DNA from: Octopus vulgaris | Lineage: Eukaryota | Reading direction: 5' to 3' | Assembly: GCA_951406725.2 (NCBI GenBank) | Contig: OX597819.1 | Span: 18,352,001-18,416,000 of the forward strand | DNA length: 64,000 bases | Shown: positions 53,335 through 64,000 of the stretch, piece after piece | Layout: every line of letters begins with the position of its first letter | How positions within the stretch are numbered: position 1 is the stretch's first letter | Translations under genes and position numbers: made by a program | The notes under the pieces: generated by a model | Databases searched by the model: none | What the model saw: the letters and a program-made list of their open reading frames with translations, nothing else | What the model was told of the DNA's origin: nothing

Positions 53335-53335
<1 letters not shown>

Positions 53336-53721
53336 TCTTTTACTCTTTTAGATGTTTCTGTCAATTGACTTTAGTCGAGCAAATCGACCCCGGGTACTTA
53401 TTCTTTGAAAGCCAAGTACTTATTCTATCGGTCTCTTTTGCCTAACAGCTAAGTGACGGGGACGTAAACACACCAGCATCGGTTGTCAAGCAATGCTAGG
53501 GGGACAAATACAGATACACAAACACACACACAAATACATATATATATATACATATATACGACAGGCTTCTTTCAGTTTCCGTCTACCAAATCCACTCACA
53601 AGGCATTGGTCGGCCCGGGGCTATAGCAGAAGACACTTGCTCAAGATGCCACGCAGTGGGACAGAACCCGGAACCATGTGGTGGGTTAGCAAGGTACTTA
53701 CCACACAGCCACTCCTGCGCC
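53335..53721 (-). mobile_element. SINE type A, full length
   Basis: Reverse complement of the type A consensus, ending CCACACAGCCACTCCTGCGCC. Confidence 0.9.
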
Positions 53722-53888
53722 TATATATATATATATATATATTTCATATTGGGGTTTGGTTTGCAAGATTCTTTATGTTAGTTTGTGTGTTGAAACATAA
53801 TCTGTTCTGTCTCGGGAGAGTCATTATCTTTTAATGCTTTATTTAACATATATTTTCTCTTCCCACTGTTTAATACTGCTACTACTCC

Positions 53889-53955
<67 letters not shown>

Positions 53956-54316
53956 CATACATATACACATGTATATATGTAAACACACATACACAAAAAA
54001 GCACACAAACATCAACACACAAAAACATGAATATGCAGAATACATACATATAAAATTACGCACAAACATATATACCTTCGCACACACATACATTTATACA
54101 CACGCTTTCATGCATGCATGCATGCATACAAACATACACCGACTCATGCACATGCGCATTAACAAACAAAAAGAACCCAGCTTGAATAACGGACAAATAT
54201 CGAAATGGCTGTAAGAAGCAAAGAAAAATTTTTAAAAACTAAATAAGTAAAAGTGTGGAAATTTTACCGGTGAGTGTGTCAAATCATAAGGCACTAAAAT
54301 TGAATGACTCTCCTAA

Positions 54317-54377
<61 letters not shown>

Positions 54378-56426
54378 AAAGATAACGAGAGAGAGGGAGA
54401 GTGAAAGGGGGATTAATACATCAGATATAGAATACTCAACCACAAAATTCATGAGAGTATTCGATAGATCAAGCATTGATCTTATCGTTGCCTTATAATA
54501 TAACCGATCCAAAAATTCAACACAGCTGAGACTCTCACAAGTTACCCACTTATTAGTGATTTTTCCAGTATGCACGCTATCATTAGTTGTATCTATTGAC
54601 TCTTGAAAGTTCGTCTCTGAATGTCCACAAAGAGATCTTATTTACAGTTAATTATAGCTATACAGAGTTAACTTCCCTTGTTCTGGAGTATAACACGTTG
54701 AAAGTGACATGATAAGAATCGAAAAATCCCCACAGATTTCTCTGTCACTTGGCATCTTTCTCGAAATAAGTAATATTATTTTTTTTTTCTTCCCTCTACC
54801 GCAGTCACCAATTTCAATTCAAAGAATTATTCATAGAAAATATATCGTGATTTTCATCAAAAACTATCGCGTAATTTGATGTATTATTTGATAATTATTT
54901 TTTTAATCATTTATTCTCATGATAAATACAACGCGATGAATAATAAAATAGTCACGTGATTATCGTTTTGATATATACGTGTTAAATTTATGTTCTGTTC
55001 TTTAATGTTTGTTGCTAATGTTTTTTGTTTGTTGTAGTTGTTGTTGTTGTTTTTGTTGCCGATTCTCTTTCTTACAATTAAATTTAATGTATTAATTGGT
55101 AATGAGATTCTATTTAAAAATTAAATTCCTATCAGTGTATTGATTGGTTAAATAACGCAATGCTCATATACACGCGTATACACACAGATACAAAAGAGGA
55201 GTGTTTGTGAGTATACCTATATTAATGTATATGTGTGTATACATGTATATGTGTATGTTTTTACACACACTCTCACCGACGCACATAAATATAAAGCCGA
55301 GATTTTTTCAGCACACATTAAAATATTTATCTAAATTATTTCTTTACAATCTGGGAACGTTCAGCTTTATAGGAAATTAAATTTTAACATAATTATTCTT
55401 TTCTCACACAGACACACTGTTTAAACTCCACAGAGACGGGGATATTGAAATTGAGTAAGTTGCATTCGTTTTTCGAGTAGGTTAATTTTAATTACGGCAA
55501 ACCTTTAAGTAACACTGGACGTTATATAATTAATGTTGATTATTTTTGAGGTAGCATTATATAAAATATTGCATCCTTTAATAAACACACGAACATAATA
55601 GCGTCTTATTTCGGAGTTACATTGTTTTACTATTGTAACAAAGAATACTTTTCAATAGGTACTACTTCAGTAGTTCTTAACCTGAACAGCGAACTCTTGG
55701 GGGAATTTTGAGATGTCAAAGCGGTGATGAGTTTTGGATCAGCAGTGTGTTTAAAGAGTTTGTGACTTTTATTAGAAATAAGATACGTAATTTGGAGTAA
55801 TAGCTATATTCTAAACCTATTTTCATAAAGACTTCGTCTTTGGTAATTCCTATGAAATATCAACTTAGGGACCATTAGAGCAATCAGATATCGAAAAATG
55901 GATTTAGTGTGGATGGGATAGTAAAGCAGATATTGATAAAGCACCACTGGGCAAAAGTCTATTCTCTTTCTTTAAAATTATTTATTATTATTAATAATTG
56001 ATTAATTTATTTATTTACTTATTTTTGCAAAGCTCGTGAGTGGTTTTGTATGTAAAATGTCTTTCTGTGAAGTTGGGATCTGAACAAACAACGGTGGTGT
56101 GCTGTCCTAAACACTAAATCTACAACAAACTGTTTAGATGTTTATCTGTATTAAACAAAATGTCAGTCAAGTAGTGCATTATGATATATGATAGGCACCC
56201 AATTAATATATGTAGTTGCCAGGTTTATTTCATCAATCAAATTTTAGTTAATATAGATTAACAAACATTACCTATTAACATGGTTAATAGAGTTGAAACG
56301 ACTTTCACCAGCGACTATAGAGCGATAGCAAAATGAGCGGAAATTCAAGAAGGTAATTGGGAGTGATATGGATCGCTAGAAACAGCAGTCGACTTTAATT
56401 CGAATCAGACACTGCTACAAGACAAT

Positions 56427-56630
56427 GGAGGCGCGTGGCTTACTGGCTGGGGTGTGGGAATCGTGATCGTAAGATTTTAATTTCCATTCCTGGCCCGGGC
56501 AACGCGTTGTGTTCTTGCGCAAAACACTTCAGTTATCGTTACTCCAGACCGCTCAGCTGGCAAAAACTGTCCAAGTGGGGGAACATATAAGTCGTGGAAA
56601 CTGGACCTATGGACGGTTTCTGCATAACAA
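56427..56630 (+). mobile_element. Old tRNA-derived SINE related to type C
   Basis: GGAGGCGCGTGGCTTACTGG head, GCGTTGTGTTCTTGCGCAAAACACTT, tail GGAAACTGGACCTATG. Confidence 0.6.
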
Positions 56631-58922
56631 GACGGAGGTTGTTATTGGATGAAGATGAAAGAGATTTGTTTTCTTTGGAAACTATTGTTTGGATTGCTGT
56701 TGATGAAAGATAGAAACGTGTGGGATGTTTTTTGAAGACAAGTTTGCATCATTACGACTGACCAATGGCTGCATAATAATAACTATACACATGCAACTCT
56801 CACATGACGAGTGAGTGTCGTTTTAGTCTATAAAAGTGCTGGAAATGACAGCCAGATTATTTTTCAAATCATACCTTTAAAAAATTAGTTAATGCAAGTG
56901 TAAACGTTGGGAATTGATGTCTGACACCAAGCAACATGGGACGGTCACGGTTGGAACACTGAACGTTTCTTCTGCTTACTCAAAGTCATAAAAATTGATT
57001 TTGGTTTCTATTTTCGATTAAGAACTGCTTGACACCCTTTCATAACTTCAAGCCATAGAGACACCGACAAAAGGCCAACACGAACATCAGCCATTTCAAC
57101 GACGCAAGTCCCTTTCTGTGTCGGAAAATTTTACATTCCATTTTTGGCACTGGTTTGAAACGATAGAGAGTCAGAAAATATTAAGTGTAGAGATTCGGAA
57201 GGTGCACGAGTCATTAAACAGACTCACTACGAGAGTCAATCCACACAATTTATCTTTCTCCATTTTTTTTTGGTTTATCCTAAACTCAGCTTTAATCGAT
57301 TTCGAGCAGAGCTATGATGAAGAGGATTCCAGCCGTGACCAATGTGTGTAATGTCCCACAGACTGTATTATCGAAATGTATTCTCCTCTCTTTTAAGAAA
57401 GTAAATTAAGATTTTACAAAGATTTAGTGAATATTTCTGTGTTTAAAATGTACTGTTTGTGTAGAAGTATGAGTAAAGTTGTTCATACCGTTTCCATTTC
57501 GGCTTCGTCGCTTTCATACATAACGATGGTGTATATCATTCAAGTAATGTCATAATATTGGATTTGAATGGCATTTTGCTGCCCTTTTTAGCATTTTGAT
57601 AGAACATGAAGTGGATATGTAGTGGAGTCAACACTTCCGTTAGTATTGTTGTGAGTGATGTTTAACCTCAGGACAGACCCTCTTTGAAATATCTCCTGTT
57701 CATGTCGATTTTTTTCATTCCTTCGACAATATGTATCGGCCCCGACAGTATCTGACGTGTTGCTCCTTTCGTCTGTGCAGCTAGAGATTTGATCAAAAAC
57801 AAACCAACATCGGAATAACATCTAAATCGTATACTGACGTAACAGTCCTAGCTGAGCGTTACGTACTGCATATTTAATTTATTTAATGTAATAGTGTCTG
57901 ATTTGAACTAGATTTGGCTGCTCTTTCTAGCCGACCACATAGAGCCCTTACACGACACACTTTGTGTAGTTTATTCAATTGTTTTTGATAGCTGATTCGT
58001 CTGTCATGTGATCAATGACGCGCCACACGTGACTATTTTGGGGCTTGTTTTTCCTCATCGTTATTTAAGACAATACAACGCAATCTAGAGTATGTACCAC
58101 TTTTCTATTTACGTTCCCGCGTTAATTCAGATTAACAGGCTTCATTTTCTAGAAAATCGGACATCAATGAGTATACAGTGCATCGAAAACGATTTAATGA
58201 TTCACTGATGACATAATCACGGGTCGAAACCCCAGCAAAGATATGCATCACACTAGATGCTACTCCATCATTAACCATTCAAAAATAGTATAACAGAGTA
58301 CCAGTTATCTTTCAGTTCAACTTGATTGTATACACCTAGTCGCAAAAAAGAAACTGAACAAATTGTGTTTGTGTGCTTGAAATCCAGATCGATATGTTGT
58401 GTAATAATCTAAAATCAATAATGCCCTTAATCAACCGAATCAGTTCTGCTTCTCTTTTTTGAGAAGATGAAGGAAAAGAAAAGCACTTCTTGAAATCACA
58501 TAGAGAAGGCATACGATATTTAAATCTACCAGTGATTTCTAATCATCTTACTTTTGAAGGAACTCTGAATTATTTTCGGATCAATGCCAAGCTATGGTAA
58601 GTATCAGAATATATTACAGAAATTGCACAAGTTCATTGAGTATAAAAATACAGTTCATTCAGTGATGTTTTGACAAGCTGGTAATTTGTTTTATTGAAAT
58701 GAAGACGTAGAGGTGATTATAGCAAATATACGTAAAGGCTACAATATCACTGTCGGTGGCGGTGGGGGCGCTTGGTACATTTACACAAGAAGCAAAATTA
58801 GGATGGTAGATGGCTTACTGAAGCCTTGATCAAAACACATTAATATACATACGTAAATGCACGTTTCTATGCATATACATACATGCATACGTGCATAATA
58901 TGCATGTGTGTGTGTATGACAT

Positions 58923-59185
58923 TTCTCTTGTATTTGTTTCAGTCATTTGACTGCGTCCATGTTGGAGCACGGCCTTTTTTGTCGAGCAAATCGACGCCAA
59001 GACTTATTCTTTGTAAGCCTAGTACTTATTGTATCGGTTTATTTTGCCAAACAGCTAAGTTACGGATGTAGACTTACCGGCATCGGTTGTCAAGAGATGT
59101 TGGGGAAGGAAACACAGACACACAAACACACAGACACACAAACACACAGACACACAAACACACACAGACACAGACACAGACACAG

Positions 59186-59218
<33 letters not shown>

Positions 59219-59399
59219 TATATATGTATGTATATACGACGGGCTTCTTTCAGTTTCCGCCTACCAAATCCACTCATAAGGCTTTGGTCGGCCCGAGGCT
59301 ATATTAGAAGACACTTGCCCAAGGAGCTACGCAGTGGGACTGAACACGGAACCATGTGGTTGGTAAACAAGTTGCATACCACACAGCGACTCCTACGCC
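58923..59399 (-). mobile_element. SINE type A, full length
   Basis: Reverse complement of the type A consensus. Confidence 0.9.
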
Positions 59400-59629
59400 T
59401 AACTATATACATGTATAAACAAATATGCATATATAAACTGGTGAACAGCGTGACATTCACCGAAGGACATCTTTAAAAGTTATCAGTTCTGATATGAACC
59501 AACCAAATTTAACTAATAGTCTTACTTATGATATTTAAAAGTACTAAATCGTTGAATATTTTCCTGACTTCTCGAAAACAATCCTCTCTTTTCTTGAATG
59601 TGAAGTAAACAAAAATGTAGAGTTCTATA

Positions 59630-59925
59630 TTTAAGAGATGAGGAATTATATACATTATTTATATTTGACGGATATTTGTCCTCATCTTGTTTGTTGTTAG
59701 CACAACGTTTCGGCTGATATACCCTTCAGCATTCATCAGATGTCTCGGGGAAATTTCGAACCTGGGTTCTCATTCCTAAGGTACTTTTTGGAGTGAGAAC
59801 CCAGGTTCGAAATTTCCCCAAGGCACCTTATGAAGGTTGGAGGGTATATCAGCCGAAGCGTTGTGTTAACCAAGATGAGGACAAATATCCGTCAAATATA
59901 AATAATGTAAATAATGTAATTAATG
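59630..59925. mobile_element. Palindromic Penelope-like terminal-repeat element with a hammerhead motif in each arm
   Basis: Arms 59651-59776 and 59790-59909, 13-nt spacer; short AATAATGTA tandem tail. Confidence 0.8.
59699..59744 (-). ncRNA. Type I hammerhead motif, partly decayed
   Basis: GACAT-CTGATGA-A-TGCTGA-AGGGTATA-TCAGCC-GAAACGT-T-GTGCT; the mirror copy at 59822-59867 has core mutations (CTTATGA, GAAG). Confidence 0.65.
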
Positions 59926-61276
59926 TAAAAGACAAAAGTTTCAACTTAAATGCAAACGGTAGAAGAGCGTTACATTGCATCCTGGCCTCAAGCATCAACT
60001 GCCGGAACAAACCGCCGACAGAAGGAAGGGATTCTACTATATTTGAAAGCAGCGGACTACAAAGCAATGCTTCCACCAGCAGTTTGTAAACAAGAATAAC
60101 TATAGCAGACTTGGAGAGAATGAAGTGAAGAGAATATTTATTAAACATATCCACTCCTTCATACCTTATTCACATATTGCTTACAGCTAATGTATTTCTG
60201 TCAACTTTATATGAAACTACATGCAAAGAAAATTCTCCAACCTTCATCAGCAAAGAAACTAAAATTCTACTAATATTCTATCTTGCTAATAATGTTAAGC
60301 AGCTGGTTCTTAATACCACTACATATACTCTATAGAAATCATAATTTGACCAGAATTTCAGTCTATATCAGTGGTTCCAAAAGTGGGCTGTATTGCATTA
60401 TGGGAGTAGAGATTCATGTAAAAACAACAAAATAATTTATTCATTGAGTTAAATTTTTATTTGTTAAATACAGTTGCTTTGAATTTGTTTGGGAATGAGA
60501 TCTGTTTGTGATGGTTGGTTGGGGTGGGCACGCTAGGAATATAGCCTGGGTGTTAGCTACCATTTAACAGCAGTCAGCAAGCTAGCTATTGATACCCCTG
60601 AAAGACGGGCAGGCGTCACTAAAAGCGACACATTATTCATCACACCATACCCAGTGTTGTAGAATCCTTTTCCAGCTATCATTGCTTTGGATTATTAAAC
60701 CTTACACATTTGTTTCAGTGCGTTGTACAAATTTATCCCTAAAATTATTTTGCAGCATCATCAGGGAAAAATCGAAGAGAACGGAATTTTTTTCTTGCCT
60801 CACGTTGTAGCTGTTCTTTCATGATGTCTTCTATTAGTGACAAATAGTTTCAACGCGAACTTTTCCACTCTTCTGTAAAATACGCTTTCTATGCTTTAGC
60901 AAGTTCATGTCAATGTTGTTTCAGTCTTGTTTGTTCCGAAATCATTATGTAGTTCAGTTGGCAGCAGATGAGGGGGAATTGAAATACATATTTGTGTCTT
61001 TTCAATATCCTCCGCGCTTTATCTGCTGCTGTGTATAATGTTTCCTCTCCTTCGTATTTAATTCTTCTCTCCCCCTCTCCTTTACTTACTCTCTTTCTCC
61101 TCATCTCTGTGTATGAGCATGCAGATATAATCGCATTTCGTATACAATGTATATACTTATTAATGTATAAAAACGTTGTTTCTGATTCTTGTCTCTTTTC
61201 TGGTTGAGGGAATTCATATCACGTTGCGTTTGTCCCTGCTCAAAAATGTTTGTTCGCATGTATGATTGTCTAAACG

Positions 61277-61356
<80 letters not shown>

Positions 61357-61364
61357 TGTGTGTA

Positions 61365-61730
61365 CTCTGTTACATGTTTCAAGCGGCCATGTGGCTGCAC
61401 CGCCATTACTCGAGCCAATCGTCCTCAGAACTTATCCTTTGTAAGCCTGGTAGTTACTCTGTCCGTCTATTTTGACGTACCACTATATTACGAGGACGCA
61501 AACATAGCAACGTTGGTTGTCGACCGATGGTGGTGGTGGGGACAAGCACAGACACACAAATACATACATAAATAAATAAATATATATATATATATATATA
61601 TGACGGGCTTCTTTCAGATTCCATCTACCTAATCCACTGAAGAGACTTGCACGAGTTACCACGCAGTGGGACTGAACCCAGAACTATGTGATTGGGAAAC
61701 ACGATTCTTACCACACACCCTCTCCTGCGC
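61365..61730 (-). mobile_element. Diverged SINE type A
   Basis: GACGGGCTTCTTTCAG..CCACGCAGTGGGACTGAACCC. Confidence 0.75.
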
Positions 61731-61731
61731 T

Positions 61732-61912
<181 letters not shown>

Positions 61913-62204
61913 ACACGCATGCACTCTCATTACTGTGTGTGATGTATATGCCAGTTATGCCTACATGCGTTGTTCTACACACATGAGAGATATATCTGAT
62001 TATATACATTTTATATACCATTTTAAGGTAAAACACATACTGCACTAACCGTTAGCTTCCATTGTTGTTTAATATGGAACTTCCTACGTCATTTCATCGC
62101 CGAACTTTGTCCATTCTTTCATTCTGTTCATCATCCGCCTCTTTTTTTTCTTTCCATATTTTCTCTTCTCATGTCTTTTTATCGTAAACCCTCATTCCTC
62201 ACTG

Positions 62205-62257
<53 letters not shown>

Positions 62258-62435
62258 ATATAAGTCTTGTGTGCGTATGTCTGTGCTTGTGTGTATACGT
62301 ATGCGTTCTTTTTTTGCTTTCCTTTCTTCTGTATCTCTCTTAATTTTTCTGTCTTTTTTAATTTAGCTCGCCCATCTTTCTTCTTCTCTCTCCCCTCCAT
62401 TTCCCTCTCATGTTCTCTCTATTTACAGAGTATAC

Positions 62436-62499
<64 letters not shown>

Positions 62500-64000
62500 G
62501 TATATGTATATATATATATATGTGTGTGTGTTTGTGTGCGTGTGTGGATATCTCTACGCCTCTCTCTCTCTCTCAAACTCTCAATCCCTTTCTCTATCTT
62601 CTACGATATCTAACTTCAGCATACCCCTCTCCATATACTTATCATCGTTCCTTCTACGCCTCTCTCTCTCTCTCTCTCATATTATCTTTCTTTGTCTCTC
62701 TCTCTCTCTCTCTCTCTCACTCTCGCTACATCACTATTCTCTCTCTTTCTCCGTTAGGTCCAGTATTTTTAGACCTTGTTACGTTCTACACAGCAATAAA
62801 TGCCTCTATAGTGGGAATATTGATTCAAAATAAACTGAAAGTAAAAATAAAACCCATTTAAAAGATAACTTTGTGAGCATAATTTAATTATGTTCCTTGC
62901 CATTGTTTAAAATATCTAAAAATCCATTATCCTTCCCCATCACATTTGCCTTCATTCCTTCTGCTTCTTGTCAATGTTGCAGTTATTGTTGTTATGGCAG
63001 TAGTTAGATGGTGCTGATATTATTTCTGTTGTTGTTGTTGCTATTGTATTTGTTGCTTCCATATTCGTTTTGTTTCATATATTTAGAATTTCTATATAGA
63101 TTTTTTTGTTATTTTCATGAATTATTATTGTCCTTTTTCTTCTTTATATTATTATTCCCCAACATCATCTCTCCACAGAAAAGCCGCCATTGTAACATAG
63201 GTGAAAATATATTAGAATCAAAATCATTTTTTCTCTCTATCCTGTACCAAAATGTCTGTAGATATTCTGGCTTTGACAGATCTGTAGATTTACTCAATTT
63301 TTATTCTTGCTCTTTTTCTTTTTGTATTCAACAGTGATGCCATTTGCTTTCTGTTCTGTGAGAGTGTTTATTTCGAAGGGACACCAATTAATGATTTCAA
63401 TAGATTATCAGTTACCTATGGAATCAGACTTGGAGGAACCATTCCCATCCATGAAATAGACATCACAAAAATAAAATTCGAGGCAGAAAACTAACAAAGA
63501 TCTTGTAAATTAAGCAGTATTTTCTCTTACCAAGCAGGATAATCTGCTTTTATCCCTATGGCTTTAGTCAAAGAAGAATAGGAAGCAGACGAATATCATA
63601 ATCTTCTTGCAGCAAGTCTGTGAATGTGGTGGGCGTATTTGGAGTAGAAATCACGTTTCGTAGCTTATCAACCGACGGGGAAACTTTTCGGATTGAATAA
63701 TTGCAGCTGACTGAATTCCAGGAAAGTGAATCTATTCTGCTAAAATCTTCATGGATTTGGACAACTGAATGATGCGTAACATTCACGGTCCAAGTTGTAC
63801 CCCTTAAACTGACCTGTCATATATTTTGTCTGTCGACAAAAACAAAAGAAAGTAAAATGCTTTACTTATAAGTATTTAATAAATTACTAATTTTGAAGTT
63901 TGAGGTACAACTCTAATGAAGTTTGTAGATTTTACCAGAGTGACGATTTTGAGGTGATTTTTAAATACCACCAATTAATCAGTGAAGAAAACGGCGGGCA

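Noticed and set aside
54945-58039. 14-bp inverted pair AAAATAGTCACGTG / CACGTGACTATTTT as possible TIRs
   Set aside because: Matches of this length are expected by chance in 64 kb of AT-rich DNA; no TSD or transposase
58205-58232. CTGATGA..GAAAC hammerhead-like spacing
   Set aside because: Stems I-III cannot be formed convincingly
60369-60560. CAGTGGTTCCAAAAGTGGG hAT/Charlie-like terminus
   Set aside because: No matching second TIR or 8-bp TSD found

Overview
AT-rich, microsatellite-saturated eukaryotic DNA. The SINE families look like those of octopus (cephalopod) genomes; this is recognition, not a database result. No host protein-coding gene, rRNA, true tRNA or CRISPR array can be supported, and nearly all ORFs in the track are translations of simple repeats. 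The window is a nested transposon landscape. It holds three tRNA-derived SINE types (more than 25 copies), an internally deleted Tx1/L1-type LINE inserted with a 14-bp TSD into a SINE head, several R4/Dong-like RLE retrotransposon fragments sitting in (TAA)n, a second RLE-like 3' end family sitting in (TACA)n, and a ~540-bp non-coding retroposed element found only in (TAA)n-rich context. It also holds two TIR-bounded mariners plus fragments, three non-autonomous Helitrons (two head-to-tail) and Penelope-like remnants. The most notable signals are minimal type I hammerhead ribozyme motifs (49271-49305, 13069-13103, and both arms of a ~260-bp palindrome at 59651-59909), the Tx1-in-SINE insertion, the microsatellite-partitioned retroelements, and a direct-inverted-direct micro-triplication at 42961-43605. 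Coordinates of old repeats are approximate.
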